A program made the position numbers and the translations under genes. Positions 47,923 to 57,980 of a DNA stretch of 64,000 nucleotides are shown here, piece after piece. The notes below the pieces were generated by a model. It had not been told where the DNA came from. It saw only the letters and a program-made list of their open reading frames with translations, and made no database searches. How positions within the stretch are numbered: the first letter of the stretch is position 1; each line of letters starts with the position of its first letter. The DNA is from Bacteroidales bacterium (GTDB lineage: Bacteria; Bacteroidota; Bacteroidia; Bacteroidales; WCHB1-69), in contig JAQUGA010000001.1 in NCBI GenBank assembly GCA_028684405.1, forward strand, positions 1,833-65,832, given 5' to 3'.

Positions 47923-48030
47923 GCCCCAAAAGTACAGATTTAAACGATAATGAACGCTTTTTTTTTGATGTTTTGTGATGGACTTCAGAATTCTTATCTT
48001 GTTTTTTGAAATTTGTTTCATTGTTAATTG

Positions 48031-48068
48031 AAAAGCAGCTGATTCAAAACTTTGAATCAGCTGCTTTT
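48031..48068 (-). terminator. intrinsic terminator after thiolase gene
   Basis: 18-bp perfect arms aaaagcagctgattcaaa / tttgaatcagctgctttt. Confidence 0.75.
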
Positions 48069-48111
48069 ATTTGTATTTTTAAGAAAACAAAGAACTCTCT
48101 TAAAAGAGTAA

Positions 48112-49317
48112 CTATATGTTTTTTAGAATGACTGCCGTTCCCATTCCACCGCCAATACAGAGTGAAGCGAGACCGAATTTTGCATTGCTGCGTTTCATCT
48201 CATAAATTAAACTTACGGTAATTCTGTTTCCAGAAGCTCCAATGGGGTGACCAATAGCAATGGCTCCACCGTTTTTATTGCAAACTTCTTCAAACCACTC
48301 TTTTGTCACACCGTGATCTGCGGATAATTGAGTCATAACACCCAAAGATTGAGCCGCAAAAGCTTCGTTTAATTCCAAAACGTTCATGTCTTGTAATTTC
48401 ATATTTGCTTTTTTTAGTACATTTGCAATGGCAGGAACGGGACCCATTCCCATAATTGAAGGATCTACTCCGCCTTGTCCAACGGCAACAATTTCCACCA
48501 AAGGAGTTAGGTTATATTTTGCAACTGCTTCTTCCGAAGCCACTAATACAAATGCAGCTCCATCGTTGATTCCAGATGCATTTCCAGCGGTTACGGTTCC
48601 GTCTTTTTTGAAAGCAGGACGCAATTTCGCTAGTTTTTCAAGATTTGAAGAACGATTAACAAATTCATCTGTGTCAAAAATAATGGTTTCTTTACGGGTG
48701 ACGATTTCAACAGGAACGATTTCATCTTTAAATCTGCCAGCATCAATAGCTTTGGCAGCATATTGTTGTGAGCGATATGCAAAAGCATCTTGTTCTTCGC
48801 GAGAAATATTGTATTTTTCAGCAATGTTTTCTGCTGTAATTCCCATGTGTAAATCGCTGAAAGCATCGGTTAATCCATCCAAAATCATGCAGTCAATAAC
48901 TTTCATATCGCCCATTTTTACTCCGTTACGAATTGCAGCAGGCAATAAAAACGCAGCACCCGACATGCTTTCGGTTCCACCGGCTAAAATCACATTGGCT
49001 TCTCCAGCTTTGATGGCTGTGTATGCATTGTTAATGGTTTTCATTCCACTGCCACAAATCATATTTACTCCATAAGCGGGTACTTCTACCGGAATTCCTG
49101 CTTTGATGGCTGCTTGACGAGCAACACCTTGTTTTTGTCCTGCGGATAAAACATTTCCTACAGAAACCTCATCAATAATTGCTGGGTCAATTTTGGTCTC
49201 TTCTAGGATTTGTTTAATGACGATAGCACCTAAATCGGCAGCACTAGTAGTCGCCAATGAACCGCTAAATTTTCCAACTGCCGTTCTTTTGGCAGCAACA
49301 ATAAAAATTTTACTCAT
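48112..49317 (-). CDS. acetyl-CoA C-acetyltransferase (thiolase II)
   Basis: VNMICGSGMK (Cys nucleophile), NEAFA, GHPIGASG and CIGGGMG motifs. 401 aa. Confidence 0.9.
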   Translation of the reverse strand: MSKIFIVAAKRTAVGKFSGSLATTSAADLGAIVIKQILEETKIDPAIIDEVSVGNVLSAGQKQGVARQAAIKAGIPVEVPAYGVNMICGSGMKTINNAYTAIKAGEANVILAGGTESMSGAAFLLPAAIRNGVKMGDMKVIDCMILDGLTDAFSDLHMGITAENIAEKYNISREEQDAFAYRSQQYAAKAIDAGRFKDEIVPVEIVTRKETIIFDTDEFVNRSSNLEKLAKLRPAFKKDGTVTAGNASGINDGAAFVLVASEEAVAKYNLTPLVEIVAVGQGGVDPSIMGMGPVPAIANVLKKANMKLQDMNVLELNEAFAAQSLGVMTQLSADHGVTKEWFEEVCNKNGGAIAIGHPIGASGNRITVSLIYEMKRSNAKFGLASLCIGGGMGTAVILKNI

Positions 49318-49351
49318 AATATAGTGTTTTTATTTTTTTATAAACTAATCC

Positions 49352-50011
49352 TTACATCCTCATTGGAGCCACCTCTGCAGGAATAATTAACGCTGCTTCT
49401 GTATTTGCCTTAATGTCTTCGATGCTAAATTCGGGATGTATCTCTTTTAAAACAATGCCTTCGGGAGTCACTTCCAGAACGCACATTTCGGTCACAATTA
49501 AGTCAACTTGTCCGGCAGCTGTAAGAGGCAAAGTGCATTTTTTTAATATTTTCACTTTTCCATTGGCGGTATGTTCCATGGCTAAAACCACTTTTTTGGC
49601 ACCTACGATTAAATCCATTGCTCCGCCCATTCCAGGTGTTCTTTTTCCAGGAATTGACCAATTTGCAAGATCGCCTTTTTCATCCACTTGCATGGCACCC
49701 AAAACGGTTACGTCAACGTGACCGCCTCTAATTACCATAAAAGAGGTAGCACTGTCAAAAGAAGACGCACCTTCAAGAGCTGTGATGTAGCCACCGCCAG
49801 CATTGATTAGATTTTCGTCTTGTTTGCCTTCCTCTGGCGAAGGGCCCATGCCCAACAAGCCATTTTCCGACTGTAAAGTCACTTTTACATCTTTAGGGAT
49901 GTAATTTGGAACTAAAGTTGGTAAACCGATTCCTAAATTTACCACATCCCCGTTTTTTAATTCTAAAGCTACGCGTCTTGCGATCACTTCACGTATTTGA
50001 TTTTTATCCAT
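49352..50011 (-). CDS. 3-oxoacid/acetoacetate CoA-transferase subunit B (AtoA/ScoB-like)
   Basis: LNLGIGLPT and catalytic QSENGLLG motif. 219 aa. No subunit A gene on either side. Confidence 0.85.
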   Translation of the reverse strand: MDKNQIREVIARRVALELKNGDVVNLGIGLPTLVPNYIPKDVKVTLQSENGLLGMGPSPEEGKQDENLINAGGGYITALEGASSFDSATSFMVIRGGHVDVTVLGAMQVDEKGDLANWSIPGKRTPGMGGAMDLIVGAKKVVLAMEHTANGKVKILKKCTLPLTAAGQVDLIVTEMCVLEVTPEGIVLKEIHPEFSIEDIKANTEAALIIPAEVAPMRM

Positions 50012-50026
50012 GATAAGATTTTTTTA

Positions 50027-50812
50027 TTAACCGTTAATTCTTCTATTTAATTCTTGGGCAACATACGAAGCCACATCGTCTGCGTATGAATTCATGCTAA
50101 AACCAGCATCATATCCCAGTTCTTTTGCCAATTCGTGTGAAATTCTGGGGCCACCACAAATAAGCAATACTTTCTCGCGAAGTCCTTCTGCTTCTAGCAT
50201 TTCAACTAATTCTGTCAAGTTTTTAATGTGAACATCTTTTTGAGTCACCGTTTGCGAAACCAACAAAACATCGGCTTTCATTTCAATGGCTTTGGCAATA
50301 AACTCATCGTTGGGAACTTGACTGCCCATATTTAAGGCTTCAAACATTTCGTAACGTTCCAAGCCAAAGTGACCGGCATAGCCCTTCATGTTCATAATGG
50401 CGTCGATGCCAACTGTGTGAGCATCCGTTCCGGTACTTGCTCCTACAACGACAATTTTACGACCTAAATTTTCTTTGATAAAAATGTCGGTTTCGTCCAT
50501 GTCCATTACCGTAGATTCCACTTTGGGAACATGAATGCTTGAATAGTCAACTGTGTGTGTGCATGAACCATAGCAATTGAAAAAAGTAAATCCTTTTGTA
50601 AGTTCTTTATAATAAACAACTTGTGGATTCTCGAACCCCATTTTTTTCATAAGTTGTTTTGCAGCTTCAATTGCTTCATCATTGCACGAAACAGGCAATG
50701 TGAAACTGATTTGTGTTTTACCATCATTCATGGTATCGCCATAAGGCTTGATTTTTGTTAAATCAAGCGAAGTATCTTGATTTTTTTCATCCATTGAATT
50801 TAAACCGCTCAT
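50027..50812 (-). CDS. kamE: lysine 5,6-aminomutase beta subunit (B12-binding)
   Basis: DxHxxG B12 motif (TGTDAHTVGIDAIM). 261 aa, the KamE size. Adjacent to the alpha subunit. Confidence 0.8.
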   Translation of the reverse strand: MSGLNSMDEKNQDTSLDLTKIKPYGDTMNDGKTQISFTLPVSCNDEAIEAAKQLMKKMGFENPQVVYYKELTKGFTFFNCYGSCTHTVDYSSIHVPKVESTVMDMDETDIFIKENLGRKIVVVGASTGTDAHTVGIDAIMNMKGYAGHFGLERYEMFEALNMGSQVPNDEFIAKAIEMKADVLLVSQTVTQKDVHIKNLTELVEMLEAEGLREKVLLICGGPRISHELAKELGYDAGFSMNSYADDVASYVAQELNRRING

Positions 50813-50851
50813 ATCTTTTTGATTCTTTTTCTGATTAATAATTAAAATTGC

Positions 50852-52405
50852 CTATCGGTTTTTCATAAGCTCCACAAAAGGATTGAAATAATAAGATCCT
50901 TTTTCAACCACTCCATCCAAACCTTTACCGCCGTTTTTTGGACGTTTAATATCGGCAAACATCCCTTTTTCGAGTGCCGTGAAAAGTCCCACTTTGTCGA
51001 TGTTTTCAAGGGTTTCTAAAGCATCGTTTAATACTTTTTCGGCTCGTTTTTGAATGATTCCACCTTTTTTAAATTCAACTTCTTCTCCAATATTTTTCAT
51101 GCTGTTGAAAACATATTTAGCATTTTCGATGGCTAAATAACGATCCGACATAAATGGGGTGTGAACCGCCTCTGTAATCATTCCAAGCAGTTGAATCCCT
51201 TGTCCAGTCCATATGGAAATTTCGTTGAACAAAGCATTTTGAATTTGTCCTCTGAAAATATTTCCAGTCATAAATTTTGTTGGAGGCATATATTTTAAAG
51301 GAGCTTTTGGGAATATTTCTCGAGTCATTTGAGCCTGAGCCAATTCGTATAAAAATCCGTTTTCGAGTTCGGGATCCATTTCAAAAGCGTGACCCAATCC
51401 CATTTGTTCTTCTGGAATTCCAGCCAAAAGAGCCAATTGTTCGTTGATTAAATCCGAAGCCAAAACCGTGTGTGCTTCTTCAAAAGCATCTGCGGTAGTC
51501 AAATAATTATCCTCCCCAGTATTGATGATTACACCTGCAAAACCGTTGATAACTCTGGAAAAATATTGATCGATTAAAGTTCTTTGCATATTAATATCGC
51601 GGAACAGAATTCCATAAAGTGCATCATTTAGCATCACATCCAAACCTTCCAAAGCGCCCATGGCAGCAATTTCGGGCATGCATAAGCCAGAACAATAATT
51701 GCACAAACGAATGTAGCGTCCTACTTCTTCGCCCACTTTGTCAAGGGCATTTCGCATAATTCGGAAGTTTTCTTGCGTTGCAAAAGTGCCACCAAAACCT
51801 TCGGTAGTTGCTCCGTAAGGAACAAAGTCGAGCAAACTTTGACCCGTCGTGCGGATCACTGCAATAATATCCGCTCCTTGACGAGCGGCCGCTTCGGCTT
51901 GCAAAACATCTTCATAAATATTTCCTGTGGCAACAATGACGTACAAATATGGTTTGGGTCCTTCGCCAATAGTTGATAAATATTCTTTCCGGCGGTTTTT
52001 GCGGGAATTTATTTTCTCAATACTTTCTGTAATATAAGGTTGAATCGCTTTTTGAATCGCATCTGTTGAATTTATTTTTAAACTCACGATGTTAAATTGC
52101 TCAAAAGCTATTTTTTCAGCTATTTTTTGGGGCGTTAAACCCGTTTCCAAAATGGCATTTCCAATATAAAATAAAACTCCTTCACCCAAAACATTTTTCT
52201 CTTTCAATGCGTCAATAACCACATTGGGAAGCGGTACTTCAAATTTATCTACACCATTAATTCCAATTAAACGACAAAGCGTTCGCTCCACAGCAACGGA
52301 AGTGTAATCTTCTACAAATTTTTGTACACCCTTCGCAATGTTTTTGGATACTTGTTTAGCCTTTTCTACTTTCGTAAAATCCAAATTAAGCTTCGATTCT
52401 TGCAT
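50852..52405 (-). CDS. kamD: lysine 5,6-aminomutase alpha subunit
   Basis: 517 aa, the KamD size. TIM-barrel-like alpha subunit directly upstream of the B12-binding subunit. Family call is from sequence memory and context. Confidence 0.75.
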   Translation of the reverse strand: MQESKLNLDFTKVEKAKQVSKNIAKGVQKFVEDYTSVAVERTLCRLIGINGVDKFEVPLPNVVIDALKEKNVLGEGVLFYIGNAILETGLTPQKIAEKIAFEQFNIVSLKINSTDAIQKAIQPYITESIEKINSRKNRRKEYLSTIGEGPKPYLYVIVATGNIYEDVLQAEAAARQGADIIAVIRTTGQSLLDFVPYGATTEGFGGTFATQENFRIMRNALDKVGEEVGRYIRLCNYCSGLCMPEIAAMGALEGLDVMLNDALYGILFRDINMQRTLIDQYFSRVINGFAGVIINTGEDNYLTTADAFEEAHTVLASDLINEQLALLAGIPEEQMGLGHAFEMDPELENGFLYELAQAQMTREIFPKAPLKYMPPTKFMTGNIFRGQIQNALFNEISIWTGQGIQLLGMITEAVHTPFMSDRYLAIENAKYVFNSMKNIGEEVEFKKGGIIQKRAEKVLNDALETLENIDKVGLFTALEKGMFADIKRPKNGGKGLDGVVEKGSYYFNPFVELMKNR

Positions 52406-52473
52406 AAATAGTTGATTTTTATATAGTTAAGTCTTGATATTTCGATTATTTTTTCTAAAAAGCGATTAGGCTT

Positions 52474-52507
52474 CAAAGATAAAAAAAATTTGTTTGTTAA
52501 AGGCAAA
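52474..52507 (-). promoter_or_regulatory. candidate promoter of the kamD operon (TTTG ... TATCTTTG)
   Basis: On the minus strand TATCTTTG sits at 52481-52474 and TTTG at 52507-52504, with a 22-nt spacer, about 70 nt upstream of the ATG at 52405. Confidence 0.3.
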
Positions 52508-52704
52508 AAAGACATTTTTCAATGGTGAAAGTACTTTAAATTAAAAATATTTTAACTTTATATCTTTAACTCCAGAAATTGTATATTTTGAAAAATCACA
52601 ATACGCAGTCAAATTATCTGTTTTTCAATAAAAAACAAAGCTCTCATTTTTGAAATAATGATTGCCTCGCATTTTTTTCGTAATTTTACCCCAAATATTA
52701 GAAA

Positions 52705-53547
52705 ATGGTAGATATTGGAAAAATGAATAAATTAACCGTTGTAAAAATGGTTGATTTTGGTTTATATCTAGATGGAGGCGAAAGAGGAGAAATTTTATTG
52801 CCTCAAAATGCAGTTCCCGAAAATGTGGAAGAAGGCGATGAGTTGGATGTTTTTATCTATTTCGATTCGGAAGATAGAATTATTGCCACGACTCAAGAAC
52901 CTTTTGCAATGGTGGGAGAGTTTGCCCTATTGCGTTGCGTAGATGTGAGCGCTGTAGGTGCTTTTTTAGATTGGGGATTGTATAAAAACGTCTTGGTTCC
53001 CTTCCGAGAGCAAAAGATGAAAATGCAAGTAGGACGTTCTTATTTGGTTTTTCTTTATGTGGATGAAGAGAGCGATCGCATTGTAGCATCCGCTAAAATT
53101 GACCGTTTTTTGGACAACGAGATGCCTTTTTTTGAGCCTGGCGATGAGGTTGATATTGTTGTTGCCGACCTTACAGATATTGGCTACAAAGCCATTGTAA
53201 ACAACGCTTTTTGGGGAGTAATTTACCTTAATGAAGTTTTTGAGCCTTTAAATAAAGGTGAAAAAATGAAAGCCTACGTAAAAAAAGTACGCGAAGATGA
53301 TAAAATTGATCTGAGCATTCATCGCTACGGATACCGCAAAGTGGAAGATTCTCTTCAAAGAATTCTGGATAAAATAGAACAAGAAGGCGGCGAAATACAA
53401 CTTTCGGACAAGTCTTCCCCCGAAGAGATTTATGATGTTTTCGGAATAAGTAAAAAAACTTTTAAACAAGCCATAGGGGCTTTATACAAACAAAGATTAA
53501 TCGATATTTCTAAGGATTCAATCAAAAGACTTCGTTCTCATGAGTAA
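52705..53547 (+). CDS. S1 domain RNA-binding protein (CvfB/YitL family)
   Basis: 280 aa with repeated S1-like segments (FGLYLDGG..., GAFLDWGL...) and a C-terminal winged-helix-like tail. Confidence 0.75.
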   Translation: MVDIGKMNKLTVVKMVDFGLYLDGGERGEILLPQNAVPENVEEGDELDVFIYFDSEDRIIATTQEPFAMVGEFALLRCVDVSAVGAFLDWGLYKNVLVPFREQKMKMQVGRSYLVFLYVDEESDRIVASAKIDRFLDNEMPFFEPGDEVDIVVADLTDIGYKAIVNNAFWGVIYLNEVFEPLNKGEKMKAYVKKVREDDKIDLSIHRYGYRKVEDSLQRILDKIEQEGGEIQLSDKSSPEEIYDVFGISKKTFKQAIGALYKQRLIDISKDSIKRLRSHE

Positions 53548-54442
53548 AAAAAGAAACACGCTTCCTGATTCAAAACCAAAAGATAATCGCAAAAGTTTCC
53601 AAGTGTCGGAACCAATTGAATTAATGGAGTTTTTGAAACTGTGCTTTCCTGATAAAAGCCGAACTGCCGTTAAATCTTATTTGACTCACCGTCAGGTATA
53701 TGTTAATAATCAGATTATTACACAATACAATCATCGCTTAAAGCCATCGGATGTAGTTTTGATTTCGGAAACAAAAATTCCAACCTCGAAAGAATTTGTG
53801 GGTTTGACCATTTTGTACGAAGACGATTACTTGATTGTGATTGATAAGGCTTCGGGCTTGCTTTCAATAGCCACAGCGACTGAAAAAGACAATACTGCAT
53901 ACAGTCAGCTCCGCAACTATGTCAAAAACGTAAACGAACGCAATAAGTTGTTTATTTTGCACCGTTTAGATAAGGATACTTCTGGAGTAATGATGTTTGC
54001 AAAATCGGCAGAAATTCAGGAAGAGATGCAGAAAAACTGGCAACGATATGTTACCAAACGAACTTATTTAGCCGTATTGGAAGGAGCCGTAGAAAAGGAC
54101 AGTGGCTCGGTTTCGTCGTGGGTCTTTGAAGATCAAGCACATAAAATGGAAAGTACCGATGAGCAAAAGGGTCGACAAGCTGTAACTCATTTTAAAGTGG
54201 TCAAACGCAAAGAGAATTTCACATTGGTGGAGTTTGAATTAGATACAGGCAGAAAAAATCAAATAAGAGTCCATGCACAAAGCATGGGGCATCCGATTTG
54301 TGGCGACCGAAAATATGGCGGCAAACCTTCGCCATTCGGACGACTTGGATTGCATGCCAATATCTTGGAATTTACACATCCTATTTTTCAAACCACTATG
54401 CAGTTCAGAAGTCCCATGCCATTTAGAATGTTTAGAAGATAA
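53540..54442 (+). CDS. RluA family pseudouridine synthase
   Basis: HRLDKDTSGVMMFAK (catalytic Asp) and GRKNQIRVH motifs. N-terminal S4-like segment. Confidence 0.85.
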   Translation: MSKKRNTLPDSKPKDNRKSFQVSEPIELMEFLKLCFPDKSRTAVKSYLTHRQVYVNNQIITQYNHRLKPSDVVLISETKIPTSKEFVGLTILYEDDYLIVIDKASGLLSIATATEKDNTAYSQLRNYVKNVNERNKLFILHRLDKDTSGVMMFAKSAEIQEEMQKNWQRYVTKRTYLAVLEGAVEKDSGSVSSWVFEDQAHKMESTDEQKGRQAVTHFKVVKRKENFTLVEFELDTGRKNQIRVHAQSMGHPICGDRKYGGKPSPFGRLGLHANILEFTHPIFQTTMQFRSPMPFRMFRR

Positions 54443-54593
54443 ATTCAGAATTTCTAATTGCCTAAATGAAACGTTTGTAATTTCAAAGTATTGATTTGGA
54501 TTTTTTTAATTTTCAAAAATATTTTATTTTGCCAAAATCTACTTAAATAAAATTAATTCATTGAAAAATACTATGTTTTTGAATTATACTTTG

Positions 54594-54601
54594 TATTTTT
54601 G
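54594..54601 (+). promoter_or_regulatory. candidate -7 box (TATTTTTG) upstream of kamA
   Basis: Exact TAnnTTTG match 35-45 nt upstream of the first possible starts (TTG 54636, ATG 54645). Confidence 0.3.
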
Positions 54602-54635
54602 CCATTGAAACTATTATGGAGAATGTAGAGGAGTT

Positions 54636-55937
54636 TTGAAAAAGATGAGCTCGAAATCCGTGAAGTTTCCAATAATTATGCGAAAAAAATATAAAATCAT
54701 GATAGTTAATAACAGAGCAAAGTTTTTTCCAGATGTTACCGATGACCAATGGAACGATTGGAAATGGCAATTAAAAAACCGAATTGAAACACTCGATCAA
54801 TTAAAAAAGTACATCAAACTTACTCCACAAGAAGAAGAGGGGGTGAAGGAGTCGTTGAAAACCTTGAGAATGGCAATCACGCCTTACTATTTGTCGATTA
54901 TTAATACCGAAATTAGTAATTGTCCTATTCGTAAACAAGCCATCCCAACAGGTGCTGAGACTTTCCAGTCGGATGCTGATTTATTGGATCCGCTTCACGA
55001 AGACGAAGATTCGCCAGTACCGGGACTTACGCATCGCTATCCAGACCGAGTTTTATTTTTAATTACCGACATGTGTTCGATGTATTGTCGTCACTGCACC
55101 CGCCGTCGTTTTGCTGGACAAACCGATAGCGAATCGCCTTCGGAACGCATTCAAAAAGCCATCGATTATATTGCTAAAACGCCCGTTGTACGCGATGTTC
55201 TGCTTTCTGGCGGCGACGCTTTAATGGTGAGCGACAAAATGTTGGAATCTATTATTCAACGCTTGCGTGCCATTCCACATGTTGAAATTATTCGCATTGG
55301 AACTCGTACGCCTGTTGTTTGTCCACAACGTATTACCGACGATTTGGTAAATATGTTGAAAAAATATCATCCCATCTGGCTAAATACACATTTCAATCAC
55401 CCGAACGAAGTTACACCCGAAGCGACCGAAGCTTGTGCAAAACTGGCAAATGTTGGAATTCCTCTTGGAAACCAATCGGTATTGCTTAGAGGTGTCAACG
55501 ATTGCGTTAGTGTAATGAAAAAATTGGTCCACGATTTGGTTCGCATCAGAGTTCGTCCATATTATATTTATCAATGCGACCTTTCGATGGGATTGGAACA
55601 TTTCCGCACGCCTGTTTCAAAAGGAATTGAAATTATCGAAAACTTGCGAGGACATACGTCCGGTTATGCCGTTCCCACTTTTGTGGTAGATGCTCCGGGC
55701 GGTGGTGGAAAAACCCCAGTAATGCCCACGTATGTCATTTCCCAAAGTCCTGGAAGAGTAGTTCTTCGAAATTTTGAAGGAGTTATCACAACTTACACCG
55801 AGCCAGAAGCATACAAAAATGAATGTACGTGTGATGGTTGCCAAGACATGAAATCAAGCGGAGTTGCTTCTCTTCTTCATGGCGATCAGCTTTCGCTCGA
55901 GCCAGAAAATTTAGAACGCAAGAAACGCAATCACTAA
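54636..55937 (+). CDS. kamA: lysine 2,3-aminomutase (radical SAM)
   Basis: CSMYCRHCTRRRF (CxxxCxxC), LSGGDAL, HFNHPNE, PYYIYQCD and FVVDAPGGGGK. Near-colinear with KamA as I remember it. The true start may be ATG 54645, 54678 or 54699. Confidence 0.9.
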   Translation: MKKMSSKSVKFPIIMRKKYKIMIVNNRAKFFPDVTDDQWNDWKWQLKNRIETLDQLKKYIKLTPQEEEGVKESLKTLRMAITPYYLSIINTEISNCPIRKQAIPTGAETFQSDADLLDPLHEDEDSPVPGLTHRYPDRVLFLITDMCSMYCRHCTRRRFAGQTDSESPSERIQKAIDYIAKTPVVRDVLLSGGDALMVSDKMLESIIQRLRAIPHVEIIRIGTRTPVVCPQRITDDLVNMLKKYHPIWLNTHFNHPNEVTPEATEACAKLANVGIPLGNQSVLLRGVNDCVSVMKKLVHDLVRIRVRPYYIYQCDLSMGLEHFRTPVSKGIEIIENLRGHTSGYAVPTFVVDAPGGGGKTPVMPTYVISQSPGRVVLRNFEGVITTYTEPEAYKNECTCDGCQDMKSSGVASLLHGDQLSLEPENLERKKRNH

Positions 55938-55954
55938 TTCTATTATATGTGAAT

Positions 55955-55985
55955 AAAAAAAGCTGTCCAATGGGCAGCTTTTTTT
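55955..55985. terminator. bidirectional intrinsic terminator between convergent kamA and queG
   Basis: A7-gctgtcc-aat-gggcagc-T7. Confidence 0.75.
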
Positions 55986-55992
55986 GTAATAA

Positions 55993-56928
55993 CTATTTTC
56001 TGTTTTTTTCTTCAATATTTTTTACGTACTCCATATTTCCCTTCAGTTTTCCAAACCCCAATCGTTCAAATGGAGTTCCTTTAAAAAGTTTTTTAAATGC
56101 TGAAGGAGAATCCAGAGCTTCTAAATCGGAGTCGTTTAATTTTGCTAAAGTCTCATTATAAAGTGCAGGATGGAAGTCGTTTGTGCTTTTTGCATTGTGT
56201 GGACAAACCGCCTGACAAACATCGCAGCCCATTATGTTTTTGTGTTTTTCGGCAGGCAAAATATCTTTGATGTTTCCTTTGTGTTCAATGGTTAAGTAGG
56301 ACAAACATTTGTTTGCATCTATCACGTATGGGGCAACAATAGCACCTGCCGGACAAGCATCCATGCACTTGGTGCACGTACCGCATTCGTTTTTAGCAAT
56401 TTGACTTTCGCCAGAAAATTCTAAATCGAACAAAACGCCTCCCAAGAAATACCACGAACCTTTTTGGGGAATAATCAAACATGAGTTTTTTCCAATAAAT
56501 CCCAATCCTGCCTTAAGAGCCAAAGAACGTTCAAAAATAGGTTTGGTATCGACAAAAATATCCCATTTTAAATTTGGATATTGAGAGATTGTTTTGACTA
56601 AAATTTCTCTTAAAATGCTTTTCAAAACATGGTGATAATCATTTAGCAGTGCATAACGTGACACTTTGTAGGCAGAAAAGTTTTTATAAAAATTGTTGTT
56701 ATACGGAATGGCAACAATGGCATACGAACGAGCTCCTTCAAAAAACTGACTGGGATTTAATCGCAATTCTTGGTTGTTCTCCATCCATTTCATTTGTGCA
56801 TGGAAGCCCTTTTTGAGCCATTCTTGATAGTGAAAAAAATCTTCAGACATTGGTTCCAGGCTGCCAAAAACACATTCTAGTCCGTTTGCTAAGCTCAGTT
56901 TTTCAAAATCTTGAAAAAAACTATTCAT
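55993..56928 (-). CDS. queG: tRNA epoxyqueuosine(34) reductase
   Basis: Two 4Fe-4S motifs (CGTCTKCMDACP, CDVCQAVCP). I start at MNSFFQDFEKL (56928). The longer ORF start would overlap the upstream gene by 71 nt. Confidence 0.85.
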   Translation of the reverse strand: MNSFFQDFEKLSLANGLECVFGSLEPMSEDFFHYQEWLKKGFHAQMKWMENNQELRLNPSQFFEGARSYAIVAIPYNNNFYKNFSAYKVSRYALLNDYHHVLKSILREILVKTISQYPNLKWDIFVDTKPIFERSLALKAGLGFIGKNSCLIIPQKGSWYFLGGVLFDLEFSGESQIAKNECGTCTKCMDACPAGAIVAPYVIDANKCLSYLTIEHKGNIKDILPAEKHKNIMGCDVCQAVCPHNAKSTNDFHPALYNETLAKLNDSDLEALDSPSAFKKLFKGTPFERLGFGKLKGNMEYVKNIEEKNRK

Positions 56929-57763
56929 TGAGATTAAAATTGATGGGCTTATATCGGTCGGGAATCCGTATAGAAGTGGGGCCGGGGACATTTACACGAA
57001 ATGATTCGTTTGTAAAAATAGCTTTTAAATTTGCTCCGGGTACCAAAATATTCCAATTTAAAGGAAATGATTGTCCGTCTACTTCTTGAAAATCAGTATA
57101 TTGTACAGTCATTTTTTGCATGCTCCGACCGTCTTCTATTTCGTTTTTTGTTATTTTCGATTGAGTTTTGGAAAATAAAATCCGTTGAGATAGGAAGATT
57201 TTGTCCTTCCGATGTTTGCGATGGAGGGATGAAAACTCAATAATATTATCTTGTTCGGCAATGTTGAATGAATTGTCAAAGTTTTTGAAATCTGTGGCAA
57301 TGATGAGCGATTGCAGCATGTCGAAATTTAAATGAACGCCAAACATTTTGTAAAAAATGGAATAGTCGCCTACGTAATAAGTCATTTCCAGACGATTCAT
57401 ATATTTCACACTGTCTTTTGTAATAACCGCTCTAGCTCCTTCAATGCCAAATTTGCTAATATTGATATAGATGAGACTATCTTTTCTGTTGACTAAAAAA
57501 ATAGTAGCTTTTTGCTGATCATCTTCGCCTCCAATTTCGGCTTTGATTCGGGTAGAAATCCATTGATAATCGACCTCTTTTGCCAACAAATCAATCGCTT
57601 GAGCAGGCAGTGTTTGTTCTTTTGGGACATTGATATTTGGTTGATTACTAGCATTCTCCATTTCAAATGGAACTTTTGTGTTCGATTTAAAAAGTTTGCA
57701 CGAATTAAAGAAAATGCTAACTAAGAATATAAAAAGAAAAGTGAATATATATCTTTTTGTCAT
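56921..57763 (-). CDS. hypothetical lipoprotein (DUF4292-like suspected)
   Basis: Lipobox IFFNSCKLF. 280 aa, beta-rich. Confidence 0.6.
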   Translation of the reverse strand: MTKRYIFTFLFIFLVSIFFNSCKLFKSNTKVPFEMENASNQPNINVPKEQTLPAQAIDLLAKEVDYQWISTRIKAEIGGEDDQQKATIFLVNRKDSLIYINISKFGIEGARAVITKDSVKYMNRLEMTYYVGDYSIFYKMFGVHLNFDMLQSLIIATDFKNFDNSFNIAEQDNIIEFSSLHRKHRKDKIFLSQRILFSKTQSKITKNEIEDGRSMQKMTVQYTDFQEVDGQSFPLNWNILVPGANLKAIFTNESFRVNVPGPTSIRIPDRYKPINFNLNE

Positions 57764-57980
57764 GTTGAAATAATTAGAAACAACAAAAGTAGTAATTATC
57801 TCTGATTATCCGTTCTTTCTGCATTAGGTCTCTTGTGCTTTTTTATAAATTTTTATTTTTCATAAAAGGAAAACGAACAGGATAAAGTTTCTCAATTCGA
57901 ACGAAAAAAGGAGACATCTATTTTGTGATTTATTAATTTATTATTTTCTTAAAAAAACCTTGTTTTCCTTAGATGTGAGA

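Noticed and set aside
48386-49075. 229-aa plus-strand ORF inside the thiolase gene.
   Set aside because: It is antisense to a gene with unmistakable thiolase motifs. It is low-complexity (Ala/Ser/Pro-rich) with no motif, a typical shadow ORF.
52406-52704. I looked for a lysine or cobalamin riboswitch in the leaders of the kamD operon and of kamA (54443-54635).
   Set aside because: Both regions are very AT-rich with no conserved helices or the GC-rich cores expected of these riboswitch classes. Only candidate TAnnTTTG boxes were found.
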